Source: Candidatus Terraquivivens yellowstonensis
Lineage (GTDB): Archaea; Thermoproteota; Nitrososphaeria_A; Caldarchaeales; Wolframiiraptoraceae
Reading direction: 5' to 3'
Assembly: GCA_023539445.1 (NCBI GenBank)
Contig: JAKCEW010000004.1
Coordinates: 16,741-80,740 of the forward strand
DNA length: 64,000 nucleotides
Below, piece by piece: positions 39,783 through 49,082 of the stretch. Both the position numbers and the translations under genes were made by a program. The notes below the pieces were generated by a model. That model had not been told where the DNA came from. It saw only the letters and a list, made by a program, of their open reading frames with translations, and ran no database searches. How positions within the stretch are numbered: position 1 is the first letter of the stretch; each line of letters begins with the position of its first letter.

Positions 39783-40550
39783 CTAGATTTTGAAACCTAC
39801 CTTCCTGAGAAATTTTGATAATTTTTCGCAATTCTTTTCCGTGTCTTTCGTCCGCTCGACTTTCATCGTCAAATAATCTTTGTACTTCATAAGAATACCC
39901 TTATATTTAATTAAATGGTCTTCTTGATCGTACATTTCCGAGGATTCTTCGACATAGTTGGCAATCTCATAGGGATTTGGCTCCCGGTACTTGTTTTTAT
40001 GAAAAACTATGTGTAACGGCCACCTAGGCCTCTTTGGTGGTATCTCATCCTTTTCGCCTATGCAAAGGAGAACTATGGGAATCACCCCCTTCGGGAGTTC
40101 TAACAAGGCTGCTACACGCTCTGCCTCGGAGAGCACGCAACGAAGTAGAGCGGTACCGAAGCCTAAAACCTCAGCAGCGATTATCATGTTTTGTGTTGCA
40201 AGCCCTGTCTCGAATATACTATGTATTATTTCGATAGGATATTCGTCAGAGGTCAAGATATGGTTGGGTGTGAGGTAACTAAACATCTTACTGACCCTAT
40301 TAAGGTCACTACATATCACTATTATCGCAGAAGCATTTGATATGTACTTTGCCTCACAAATATCCTCAAGCGCTTTCCTTTTTTCCTTATCACTAACAAG
40401 TATGAATGAGTAAGCTTGGTAGTATGAGGGCGCCCTTTGACCCGCCTCCACTATCATATTGAGTATTTCTTCCGGGATGTCAGCAGGCCTGAACTTTCTG
40501 ATGGTTCTTCTGTTATATATGATATTTAGCAAACTCCTAGCCACGCTCAT
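39783..40550 (-). CDS. Nitroreductase-family flavoprotein
   Basis: 255 aa; RRTIRKFRP...I.EAGQRAPS nitroreductase N-terminal FMN-binding signature. Confidence 0.7.
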   Translation of the reverse strand: MSVARSLLNIIYNRRTIRKFRPADIPEEILNMIVEAGQRAPSYYQAYSFILVSDKEKRKALEDICEAKYISNASAIIVICSDLNRVSKMFSYLTPNHILTSDEYPIEIIHSIFETGLATQNMIIAAEVLGFGTALLRCVLSEAERVAALLELPKGVIPIVLLCIGEKDEIPPKRPRWPLHIVFHKNKYREPNPYEIANYVEESSEMYDQEDHLIKYKGILMKYKDYLTMKVERTKDTEKNCEKLSKFLRKVGFKI

Positions 40551-40698
40551 ACTTTGTTCTCGCTAAATTCTTAGCTTTTAGAATAAAAATTTTGTTATCA
40601 TGGTATGCCTCCATGCTTTTGTTATGCAACTATGCTTATAGTACTCCCACAGCAATGGCCAGAGATTAGCCAATCCATTCATTATTCGTGGCGGTTTT

Positions 40699-41394
40699 TT
40701 GATGTCTATCAAAAGTTTATTTTTATCTAACGTCTTGACGGTTTTGATGAATAAGTTCGAAGAAGACTTAAAGAAAATAATTGCACTTATAGGCGATAGG
40801 TACGGCAAAGAAGTTGCGAGCAAGCTTGATGGTATGTATAAGAAACTATGCAAACTCTACGAGGCCAACATAGTTAAGATAAATCATTCTGTGATGGAGG
40901 TCGTATGTGCTGCCGACTTGGTACTCAAGGGTTATGACGTTGACGTTGAGCATAAACTCAATGATATACTCACGTGTGATGTGTACGGATTAAAAGGTGA
41001 CGGCAACATCATAATCGAGATAGAGACCGGATTCGTGCCTCCTGAACATGCACTCGATCCCAATACCTATCTCTTAGCTAGAATCGTCAGTAAGATAGCA
41101 AGGTACAGTAGTTTCGCGAAAAAGTTCGGCATTGGAACACCGCCACACAACATCGTCCAGATTCCGTATATATTCCTAAAACCACCAAGAGACAGAACTG
41201 AAGAAGAGGTGCTTCGTATTAAGAGAATTTGCGACATATACTACACGAAGCCGCCCATTACTATCGAAGAAATACTCAACGCAAGGCTTTGCATGATTTA
41301 CGTGATAAATGTTGATGAAGCAACTATTAGCGAGCTATCGCCACAAGAATACTACGAAAATGTCAAGCAATTGGTGAAGGTCATGAATGCATAA
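40699..41394 (+). CDS. Hypothetical protein
   Basis: 231 aa ORF with reasonable codon usage; no recognisable family. Confidence 0.3.
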   Translation: MMSIKSLFLSNVLTVLMNKFEEDLKKIIALIGDRYGKEVASKLDGMYKKLCKLYEANIVKINHSVMEVVCAADLVLKGYDVDVEHKLNDILTCDVYGLKGDGNIIIEIETGFVPPEHALDPNTYLLARIVSKIARYSSFAKKFGIGTPPHNIVQIPYIFLKPPRDRTEEEVLRIKRICDIYYTKPPITIEEILNARLCMIYVINVDEATISELSPQEYYENVKQLVKVMNA

Positions 41395-41439
41395 TTCTTT
41401 GTACCTGATACCGTTCAGGCATTTTTATTTCGTAAAATT

Positions 41440-41647
41440 GCGTCGTCTTTCGGAGACGGCGGGCCTCCCTGCTAGGGCACCCTCCGCGGGTTTAACCCCT
41501 AGTGCCCTACGGGCACCTCCCACCCATACCCAGTTTGAGGGAACTGCCGAGGCAGCCCCCGGAGCACTGGGCATGGGTCGACGCTACAACGCCTGAGGCT
41601 TCCCCCAGACGTTGCTTAACGTCGGCCTCTCCTTTTCCGGACGACGC
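41440..41647 (-). ncRNA. Candidate structured non-coding RNA (~208 nt GC-rich island closed by a perfect 8-bp terminal helix GCGUCGUC/GACGACGC); class unknown
   Basis: Sharp GC spike in otherwise AT-rich non-coding DNA. It forms a terminal helix plus at least five internal hairpins (e.g. GUGCCC-UAC-GGGCAC, GACGUU-GCUU-AACGUC, CUGC-CGAG-GCAG). Strand chosen because a TATAAAT box sits ~25 nt upstream on the minus strand (plus coords ~41676-41682) and a U-run follows on that strand; plus-strand transcription is not excluded. Confidence 0.35.
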
Positions 41648-41853
41648 AGAATAAAGTGATAACGTACCCTGATTTATACATTTCACTCTAAAATAGTAAA
41701 AACATTACTTCATGATTGTAACGACAGAAAAATTTTGGAAATTTGTACAAAGATAACCGTCAAGAAAATCCTAAAGTTTGACATATCTTTTGCTTTTTGA
41801 AAAATACACTGGTGGCAATTCTGAATTGCCAATTTATATTAGAAATTGTAGGT

Positions 41854-42936
41854 TTATGCAGCTACTTTTATCATTTCAACCTTTATTTTTTCGTAGAGAC
41901 GTTTTCTAAGCCAGAGCGCTACGTTTACCAGCGAAATCATCACAGGAACCTCTATTAAGGGACCGATCACCGTAGCAAAAGCCTCCTTGGATGCCAAGCC
42001 AAAAACGGACACAGCTACAGCTATCGCGAGTTCAAAGTTGTTGCTTGCTGCCGTAAAAGCCAGAGAGGTCACCCTACTGTAGTCAAGGCCTGATTTATAG
42101 CCGATGAAGAAGGATATAAGGAACATTATAACAAAATAAGAAAGCAGAGGCATCGCTATCCTCGCAACGTCCATCGGAAGGGTAACTATGTACTCGCCTT
42201 TCAAGGAAAACATCACGACTATCGTGAACAAAAGGGCAAAAAGCGACGTTGGCCCGAGTTTCGGCATAAGGACCCTATCGTACCATTCCCTACCCTTCTT
42301 TTTAAGGAAATAGAAGCGCGTTAGCATCCCGCCAAAGAACGGTATGCCAAGGTATATGAGGACTGATGTAGCGACCTCTACGAAGGATATTTCAACTACC
42401 GTGCCGGTTCCAGCAATCCAAGAGCTTACGAGGGTAATATAGAAGTAGGCGTAAACAGAGTACAACGCTATCTGAAAGACCGAGTTCAGGGCAACGAGGA
42501 TTGCGGCCCACTCCCTATCACCATCGGCAAGGTCGTTCCAGACAATAACCATCGCTATACACCTTGCCAAACCCACTAGGATTATGCCATTTCTGAACTC
42601 AGGAAAGTCCGCAAGGAATATCCATGCAAGGATGAACATAAGAAACGGACCTACCAAATAGTTGAGTATAAGCGACTCTGTAAGCATGATCTTCGACCCT
42701 CTAGCCGTGATTATCTTCCTAAGTTCCTCGTACCTTACTTTGGCAAGGGGCGGATACATCATCCAAATAAGGCCCAGCGCTATAGGAATAGAGGTCGTTC
42801 CTATGCTCAGCTGGCCCAGCACGTCGGCAATTCCTGGAAAGACATAACCTAAGCCTACGCCGATTACCATTGCTAAGAAAATCCAAAGTGTTAAAAATTT
42901 GCTTAAAATTGGTAGTCCAGCTTTTTGTTCGGCCAT
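41854..42936 (-). CDS. acr3: Arsenite efflux transporter, ACR3 family
   Basis: 360 aa polytopic membrane protein with ACR3-like N-terminal segment ([18 protein letters not shown]...) and ~10 TM helices. Confidence 0.75.
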   Translation of the reverse strand: MAEQKAGLPILSKFLTLWIFLAMVIGVGLGYVFPGIADVLGQLSIGTTSIPIALGLIWMMYPPLAKVRYEELRKIITARGSKIMLTESLILNYLVGPFLMFILAWIFLADFPEFRNGIILVGLARCIAMVIVWNDLADGDREWAAILVALNSVFQIALYSVYAYFYITLVSSWIAGTGTVVEISFVEVATSVLIYLGIPFFGGMLTRFYFLKKKGREWYDRVLMPKLGPTSLFALLFTIVVMFSLKGEYIVTLPMDVARIAMPLLSYFVIMFLISFFIGYKSGLDYSRVTSLAFTAASNNFELAIAVAVSVFGLASKEAFATVIGPLIEVPVMISLVNVALWLRKRLYEKIKVEMIKVAA

Positions 42937-43081
42937 ACCAGATGCACCGTCTGGATTTTATCGCGTTTTTATCCGAGGGGAAAATATAAACCTAATAATG
43001 TCGCATGGATGCCGCACTTCTTTCTATGCTCATCGTTGCCATAAATTAAAAGAGGAGAGTGCAATGAACCCGTTTGTGGAG

Positions 43082-43165
43082 TGCCGGGGCTGGGATTCGA
43101 ACCCAGGATGGCCTACGCCAGTGGGTCTTGAGCCCACCCCCTTGACCAGGCTCGGGTACCCCGGC
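43082..43165 (-). tRNA. tRNA-Leu (anticodon CAA), class II with 14-nt variable arm
   Basis: Manual fold: acceptor GCCGGGG/CCCCGGC + A73, anticodon arm GTGGG-CTCAAGA-CCCAC, long variable arm, T-arm CTGGG-TTCGAAT-CCCAG; no encoded CCA. Confidence 0.8.
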
Positions 43166-43215
43166 GACGTATAACAATAAATCAAAGAGGAATTATAAAA
43201 TTTAGCTTGCGAACA

Positions 43216-43980
43216 CTATGTCTGCCGCGTATAAAGCTCGATAATCTTTACTCTCTCTATGCCTTGAATATTCTCTTGAATTTCTTTAGCGATGAGTCTC
43301 TTGACTATCTGTAGATTTGGTAGAAGGTATGCCTCTTCTGGTATGGTAATAGTTACCTCCGGTGGTGCGAGCTCAATAGCGAATTTTTGAATGTCCACAT
43401 CCGGTAGCCTGTTATGTATTATCTGCTGAACCTTTTCCTTGTCGTCTGTTATGAGTTTCCTTACGATAACATTACATACGAGTGTCTTGCCCGCAAGATA
43501 TGGGTTGAAATCCACCTGAACCCTTCCAGAACCTATAGAACGTATTATACCCTCTTTTCCATCTATATTAATCCTAGCGCCTACGACTAGCGGTGTTTCA
43601 ATATCCTTAAACTTCCTGATCGGATAGACCTTAACTTTTGTTGGATCCCTTTGGCCAAAGGCCTTTTCTGGTGAAATCTCAAACGTCTTGGATTCACCGA
43701 CAGACATCGTAAGTAGTTCATCCTCGATTGCCTTGAGTAGCATGCCCTTACCGAGTATCGCTAACCGGGGTTCGTAAAGCCTCGAGGCATCGTAGATGCC
43801 CGCCTCCCTCGCATCCTCCTCAGAGGTCGTATCAACAAGCTCACCGGTCTCCTTAATTTTTATCGTGTAATCTACCAAAAGGAAGCTACCTAAGGGTAGA
43901 GCAGATTTGGGGACTTCTGATGCCTGCTTCTCGTCGGCGCCCTCTTTTTCCTTGGGAGTTTCCAAACCTTCTGAGGACAT
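43216..43980 (-). CDS. FKBP-type peptidyl-prolyl cis-trans isomerase (long archaeal FKBP with insert-in-flap domain)
   Basis: 254 aa; FKBP core (LLVDYTIKIKETGELVDTT..., LAILGKGMLLKAIEDELLTMSVGESKTFEI). Confidence 0.8.
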   Translation of the reverse strand: MSSEGLETPKEKEGADEKQASEVPKSALPLGSFLLVDYTIKIKETGELVDTTSEEDAREAGIYDASRLYEPRLAILGKGMLLKAIEDELLTMSVGESKTFEISPEKAFGQRDPTKVKVYPIRKFKDIETPLVVGARINIDGKEGIIRSIGSGRVQVDFNPYLAGKTLVCNVIVRKLITDDKEKVQQIIHNRLPDVDIQKFAIELAPPEVTITIPEEAYLLPNLQIVKRLIAKEIQENIQGIERVKIIELYTRQT

Positions 43981-44058
43981 TTCTCAACCTTTTGCTTAAT
44001 GGCTTTTATTAAAGTATTAGTGTGTAAACATTTTTATTTTGGCAGAATTATAAATTTT

Positions 44059-44079
44059 ATGGCTTTTGCATAAAGCCAT
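44059..44079. promoter_or_regulatory. Perfect 8-bp inverted repeat ATGGCTTT-tgcat-AAAGCCAT upstream of psmB; a related AATGGCTTTTATT at 43998-44010
   Basis: Read directly from sequence; ~30-45 nt upstream of the proteasome beta start. Confidence 0.2.
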
Positions 44080-44105
44080 GGATAAGTTGTTAAGACCGAT
44101 AGTCG

Positions 44106-44783
44106 GTGTCAAAGACGATGTTTGGGTATGAGATGAATGGAAGTAGATTCCTAAAGACGGGGACCACAACGGTAGGTCTGGTCATAAAGGATGCTGTGGT
44201 GTTTGCCACGGACACTAGGGTTACGTCGGGTTATTTTATAGCCCATAAAAAAGGAAGAAAGCTCTTCCCGCTAGCGGATCATGTAGCTATAACGATCGCG
44301 GGCAGGGTTGCCGATGCGCAGAACATTATAGATACGCTCCGCGCCAACATCAATTACTATCAAATACAATGGGCAAGGCGCATGGAAGTCGTATCCGTAG
44401 CCAGGCTCGCCTCGAACATCCTGTTCAGCAACAGGTACTTTCCGTTGATAGCACAGCTGATAATAGGTGGTGTGGATAGTCAGGGACCTCATCTTTACAA
44501 CTTAGACCCGACGGGTTCGATGACAGAAGAGCTTATGATCGCAACAGGCTCGGGCTCTCCTGTCGCGTACGGCATAATCGAGTCGAGCTATAGGCCGGAC
44601 TTAGGGCTCGAGGAAGGAATTAGGTTGGCCTTTAAGAGCGTCGCATCAGCCATCAGGAGGGACATCGGTTCAGGAGACAGCATTGATGTAGCGTACATCA
44701 CCGCTACCAAACCTTATACTGAGTTAACGCTAGAAGAGAAAGCACCACTTTATGAGGAATTCCTGAAAATCAACGTTAAATAA
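44106..44783 (+). CDS. psmB: Proteasome subunit beta (with propeptide)
   Basis: 225 aa; GTTTVGLV... (Thr1 after propeptide), typical Ntn-hydrolase beta subunit; start at GTG 44106 or ATG 44118. Confidence 0.85.
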   Translation: MSKTMFGYEMNGSRFLKTGTTTVGLVIKDAVVFATDTRVTSGYFIAHKKGRKLFPLADHVAITIAGRVADAQNIIDTLRANINYYQIQWARRMEVVSVARLASNILFSNRYFPLIAQLIIGGVDSQGPHLYNLDPTGSMTEELMIATGSGSPVAYGIIESSYRPDLGLEEGIRLAFKSVASAIRRDIGSGDSIDVAYITATKPYTELTLEEKAPLYEEFLKINVK

Positions 44784-44804
44784 AATGGTTTAAGGTGCAT
44801 CAGA

Positions 44805-46706
44805 TTGAGCGCAGCGGATAGACTCCGGGCAGAGATATTGAGGTACTTTTCTGTGGTTAGTCCTAGGGAGGCGGCTATTACAAGAATTGAGTATGAGGGG
44901 ACAAGGCTCGCCATATATACTAGGAATCCCGAGCTGTTCGTGGAAAGAGACCAGATCGCAAAAGACCTTGTGAACATACTTAAGAAGCGTGTGGTCATAA
45001 GGTCCGATCCCACGATAAGACTGCCCCAAGAGGAGGCGGAGAAGGTTCTCAAATCAATCTTCGGCGATGATGCCACTGTGTTCTTCGATGAAACTCTGGG
45101 AGAGGCCATAGTTGAGGTTAAGAACTCTAACGTCAACAAAAACGGGGAAACTATTAAGAACGCCTGTAAAGCGACAGGTTGGCACGTAAAGTTAGTTAGG
45201 AAAATGCTAATGCCTTCAAAGACCATTGAAAAGATTAACCAGTACATTTACAAAGATTCGGATAAAAGGCTCAGCATACTACGGACAATAGGTGAAAGGG
45301 TATTTGGGTCACAAACTTTTGAAACGAGTGACATAACGCTCACAATACTTGGCTCCGGAAGACAGGTTGGAAGATCAGCCATACTGCTCCAGACCAACGA
45401 GAGCAAGATACTGTTAGATTGTGGTGTTGCCGTTGGTTCCACGAATAAGCTCGATATATTGCCCAGATTTGATGCATATCCCTCAATCTTTGACGAGCTT
45501 GATGCAGTGATTGCAACGCATGCCCATCTCGATCACACCGGAGCCATACCTTATCTATTCAAGTATGGTTACAAAGGACCTGTATACTGTAGTGAGCCGA
45601 CACTGCCCCTTATGACGATGGAACAGTTAGACTTTATTAACGTCGCAGAAAAAGAAGGGTTATTCCCATTATATAATGAGAACGACGTGAAAACGGCGGT
45701 CCAGCACACTATAACCCTTAAGTACGGCAGCGTTACAAGCATAACACCCGACGTAAGGATAACGATGTATAACGCGGGCCACATTCTTGGCTCTTCGGTT
45801 GTTCATATACATATAGGCGAAGGATTGTACAACATCGTATACACCAGTGACTTCAAGTTTGAGAATACTAGGACGTTGGATGCATGCGCGCATAAATTCT
45901 TAAGAGCAGAGACGTTGATGATGGAGAGCACTTACGGTGCGACGCCGATACCTTTTACCAGGGAAGAAAGCGAGGCGTTGTTAGCCGAGTATATAAAGCA
46001 GACAATAGAGGCGGGCGGTAAGGTGTTAATACCCGTACCAGCTGTCGGTAGAGCTCAAGAGATAATGCTTGTCCTCAACGACCTTCTAAACTCAAAAAGC
46101 ATACCAGAGGTACCGATTTACTTAGACGGTCTTGTTATAGAGGCGACCGCAATATACACAGCATTCCCTGAATATCTTTCAAAAGAGCTGCAAGACATGA
46201 TGGAATCTCAAGGGAACGCGTTCATGTCAGACTACTTCACACCGGTAAAGAGCCATTCGCAAAGAGAAGAGGTACTAAATACTGAAGGCCCAGCTATCGT
46301 GATTTCCACATCGGGAATGTTAGAAGGCGGACCTGTGTTGAATTACTTAAAGGAATTTGCAAACGATGAAAAGAACATGCTAATATTCGTCAGCTATCAG
46401 GTAGAAGGGACTTTAGGCAGAAAGTTGCTTAAAGGCATAAGGGAAGTGTCATTTATAGATGAGAAGGGCAAGGCAGAAGTTTTAAATGTTAAGCTACGCA
46501 TAGAGAAGGTAGATGGGTTTTCGGGTCATTCCAGCAGACAACAGCTGCTGAACTATCTGAAGAAATTCACACCGAAGCCTAAAAACGTAATCTTATTACA
46601 TGGTGAAGTTAAAGCTATCGAGAGTCTAGCAGAGTCTGCCTCAAAAATTATTACGGCAAACATCTACACGCCAAAGAACCTCGAAACAATATCACTTTTT
46701 AGTTAA
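44805..46706 (+). CDS. aCPSF1 / FttA-type beta-CASP ribonuclease with N-terminal KH domains
   Basis: 633 aa; metallo-beta-lactamase HxHxDH motif (ATHAHLDHTGAIP), beta-CASP and RMMBL regions. Confidence 0.85.
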   Translation: MSAADRLRAEILRYFSVVSPREAAITRIEYEGTRLAIYTRNPELFVERDQIAKDLVNILKKRVVIRSDPTIRLPQEEAEKVLKSIFGDDATVFFDETLGEAIVEVKNSNVNKNGETIKNACKATGWHVKLVRKMLMPSKTIEKINQYIYKDSDKRLSILRTIGERVFGSQTFETSDITLTILGSGRQVGRSAILLQTNESKILLDCGVAVGSTNKLDILPRFDAYPSIFDELDAVIATHAHLDHTGAIPYLFKYGYKGPVYCSEPTLPLMTMEQLDFINVAEKEGLFPLYNENDVKTAVQHTITLKYGSVTSITPDVRITMYNAGHILGSSVVHIHIGEGLYNIVYTSDFKFENTRTLDACAHKFLRAETLMMESTYGATPIPFTREESEALLAEYIKQTIEAGGKVLIPVPAVGRAQEIMLVLNDLLNSKSIPEVPIYLDGLVIEATAIYTAFPEYLSKELQDMMESQGNAFMSDYFTPVKSHSQREEVLNTEGPAIVISTSGMLEGGPVLNYLKEFANDEKNMLIFVSYQVEGTLGRKLLKGIREVSFIDEKGKAEVLNVKLRIEKVDGFSGHSSRQQLLNYLKKFTPKPKNVILLHGEVKAIESLAESASKIITANIYTPKNLETISLFS

Positions 46707-46763
46707 ATAAACGATAGATTTAATTATTAAAAGAAACAATAGAGGCAAGAGGTTGCGTGAGGT

Positions 46764-46997
46764 ATGTCCGGCGATATATCGTTAAAGATCCTTTCCAAAA
46801 GCTTGGGCGAGAAAGTCCTCGTAAAGCTCAGGAACGGTAAGCTGATCAGGGGCCTTCTTCAGGGCTACGATCAGCATCTAAACCTAGTCCTAGAGAATGC
46901 CGAGGAGGTCATAGACCAGAACAATAGCAATCAGATCGGAACAATAGTCGTAAGAGGGGATAATATAATAATGATAAGTACCAGCCCAAAAGAGTAG
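46764..46997 (+). CDS. Sm-like archaeal protein (SmAP/LSm)
   Basis: 77 aa; Sm1/Sm2 motifs (LVKLRNGKLIRGLLQGYDQHLNLVLENAEE; IVVRGDNII). Confidence 0.85.
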   Translation: MSGDISLKILSKSLGEKVLVKLRNGKLIRGLLQGYDQHLNLVLENAEEVIDQNNSNQIGTIVVRGDNIIMISTSPKE

Positions 46998-47044
46998 CAT
47001 GATAAGCTTATTAGAAGGACTTTGAAGGACTTGTTGAGTATAGT

Positions 47045-47221
47045 ATGGTGAAGGGCACACCTTCTTTCGGAAAGCGAAACAAGCCAGTACACATACGCTG
47101 CAGAAGGTGCGGACGTAGATCGTTCCATGTTTCCAAGAAGCGGTGCGCCGCCTGCGGCTTCGGTGCTTCAAAGAAGCTAAGGTCATATAGGTGGTTAAAG
47201 CCGCTAAAAATGAAAACCTGA
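47045..47221 (+). CDS. rpl37e: 50S ribosomal protein L37e
   Basis: 58-aa ORF missed by the ORF track (<60 aa): [39 protein letters not shown]..., C4 zinc ribbon; canonical Sm-L37e pairing. Confidence 0.85.
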   Translation: MVKGTPSFGKRNKPVHIRCRRCGRRSFHVSKKRCAACGFGASKKLRSYRWLKPLKMKT

Positions 47222-47262
47222 AGAAAAGCTTTAAACGTTGCGGACGAATACATCTAAAACCG

Positions 47263-47351
47263 GGGCCGGTAGATCAGCGGAAGATCGCGCGCCTGGCGAT
47301 CTCTCGCGACTAGATTGCGCGAGGTCCGGGGTTCGAATCCCCGCCGGTCCA
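47263..47351 (+). tRNA. tRNA-Ala (anticodon GGC) containing a ~16-17 nt intron in the anticodon-loop region
   Basis: Manual fold: acceptor GGGCCGG/CCGGTCC with the G3:U70 Ala identity pair, A73; D-arm GATC-AGCGGAA-GATC; anticodon stem CGCGC/GCGCG enclosing 24 nt (7-nt loop CTGGCGx + intron); T-arm CGGGG-TTCGAAT-CCCCG; no encoded CCA. Confidence 0.8.
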
Positions 47352-47409
47352 CTTAATCTTCTAATCGAGTCTGCAGAAGGGATATTTCAGATAACTGAAA
47401 GCTGGAATT

Positions 47410-48030
47410 TCACGTTATCCCGAGCCACCAACCAAGCTGAACGCCAAGGTATGATAGGAGAGTGAATACCACTAGGCGCGGTATGAAGCTTAGGATGAGG
47501 AAGTGACTAAAACGTGCTTTAATCAGCCCGCAGAACAGCGCTAAAAATTCTACAGGAAGCACAGGTATAATCCCAAATATCACATATATGATCCAGCCCC
47601 ACCGACTCCATAATGCCGATATTTCTTCGAGTCGTTCCATCCCCAACTTTTTTACTACGAAAGGTCTTCCGAGACCGTAAGCCAACACGTAGTTTATCAC
47701 CATGCCTACTGTGAAACCAACCGTTGCGACAATTGTTAAAAGCATGGGATGGATGCCGAGAGATGCCGCTATTACGACGAGCGCAGGGCTACCGACTGGT
47801 ATAATTGTGCCGGCTAGTATCGTGGCTACGAATATGCCTGCGAGCCCATATTCTATGACGAGGTTTTTTGTGTCAACGAATATGGGGGAGGCTCCCAGTT
47901 CCAAAAACTTAAAGATCAAAATTAGTGTCACACCTATAGCCGCGAGTATCCCACCCAAAATTAGGGAAGACCTTACCCACGGGACGTTTAATATTTCCGA
48001 GAGCTTGTTTTGTGTGCATGTTTTGTCCAA
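47410..48030 (-). CDS. DedA/VTT-domain family membrane protein
   Basis: 206 aa, polytopic; DedA-like central region (GLGRPFVVKKLGMERLEEISALWSRWGW). Confidence 0.55.
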   Translation of the reverse strand: MDKTCTQNKLSEILNVPWVRSSLILGGILAAIGVTLILIFKFLELGASPIFVDTKNLVIEYGLAGIFVATILAGTIIPVGSPALVVIAASLGIHPMLLTIVATVGFTVGMVINYVLAYGLGRPFVVKKLGMERLEEISALWSRWGWIIYVIFGIIPVLPVEFLALFCGLIKARFSHFLILSFIPRLVVFTLLSYLGVQLGWWLGIT

Positions 48031-48227
48031 TCCGCATCAACCTTCTTGTGCCTTAAGCTTAAAGCAGTAATTTTGAAGGAACTTAAAACTGTTGTCACGT
48101 TAAGCCCGTTCTAGAGCCTTGGTTGCTTTCAGTGCACCTTTAAATAGCCATATTTATATATGGATGGGCAGAAGGGTTAATAAATCGATAGAAATATTTA
48201 CTAAAACACGAGCGGTGAAACACTGAA

Positions 48228-49067
48228 GTGTCCTTTGAAGTCCAAGAACTGTCAGACGTTATAAAAGTGCTTATTTTGTTGAACTTGAAACGAAAGACGG
48301 GCATGCATAAGGCTTTCCTCAAAAAACACCTCGAGAAAGTTTGTGCTAATGACGTTTGTGTAGAAGCAAGTGATTTGGATAAGGCCCTAAAGGAGATGGT
48401 TTCTGAGGGGTTAATAATAGAAGATGGTGATTATATCCGGCCAACACCTCAAGGTCTAAGGTTAAGCAAAGAGTGGAGAAACCTTTTGCTGAAAAGAGAG
48501 CCCATACTCGAAGTCGTAGCTGGTCTTGTAGATGGCTCCATAGCAGGACTTGTCGTGGTCCTTTCCGTTTTCATGTCCGGCTTAATTGCTAAAGTCGTAA
48601 CATTTACAGCTCTTTTAACACTAGTAGCTGTAGCTATAACGAACTTTTCGAGTTTCCTTTTGGGCGGAATAACTGAGGATTTAGCAGACATAAGATCTCT
48701 TCAAATTTTGATGAAGTTCAGCTTGAGTGACATTCCTGACAAAAACGAGCGCAATAAATCCCTCATGCTGGTTAAAAGGCTATTCATGTTGCTTCACAAA
48801 GAAGTAAGACTGTCCAATCTTTATGCCGCGTTCATATGCAGTATAACGACCTTTTTAGCGGGAGGCATCCCCGTTCTCATATACATTGTTTTGCCGGAGC
48901 CGATAAACCTCATAATGGCATTGATGATAGTCGGTGCGATGAATACTTACCTAATTCGATACCGCTCCAAAAAATCCCGCATAAGTTGGAAGAAAATATT
49001 GCTAGAAACCTTGCTCATACTCGTAGCGGCTACTGCTGCATCACTACTACTCGGCAACCTAGGTTAA
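48228..49067 (+). CDS. Membrane protein, VIT1/CCC1-like family (tentative), with N-terminal soluble HTH-like segment
   Basis: 279 aa from GTG; VVAGLVDGSIAGLVVVLSV motif resembling VIT-family TM1; weak call. Confidence 0.4.
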   Translation: MSFEVQELSDVIKVLILLNLKRKTGMHKAFLKKHLEKVCANDVCVEASDLDKALKEMVSEGLIIEDGDYIRPTPQGLRLSKEWRNLLLKREPILEVVAGLVDGSIAGLVVVLSVFMSGLIAKVVTFTALLTLVAVAITNFSSFLLGGITEDLADIRSLQILMKFSLSDIPDKNERNKSLMLVKRLFMLLHKEVRLSNLYAAFICSITTFLAGGIPVLIYIVLPEPINLIMALMIVGAMNTYLIRYRSKKSRISWKKILLETLLILVAATAASLLLGNLG

Positions 49068-49082
49068 TCTGCATAACATATC

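Noticed and set aside
40578-40853. Minus-strand 91-aa ORF overlapping the start of the 40699-41394 hypothetical gene
   Set aside because: It is short and hydrophobic/low-complexity, and overlaps a longer ORF on the other strand. Likely spurious.
40699-41394. Calling the orphan ORF a PD-(D/E)xK nuclease
   Set aside because: Only a loose D...EIE pattern without the Lys of the (D/E)xK motif; not supportable without profile or structure evidence.
41440-41647. Calling the GC-rich RNA RNase P RNA (mini type) or SRP RNA
   Set aside because: The universal P4 strands (AGGAAAGUCCGG / ACAGAAxCCGGCUUA) and clear SRP helix-8 GNRA/AGCAGC context were not found by eye on either strand. Left as unclassified, pending covariance-model search.
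41650-43215. Possible genomic island integrated at tRNA-Leu (ACR3 transporter, orphan ORF and ncRNA adjacent to the tRNA 3' side)
   Set aside because: There is no integrase, and no detectable direct repeat of the tRNA-Leu 3' segment (GGATTCGAACCC...) further left. The compositional shift is limited to the short RNA island.
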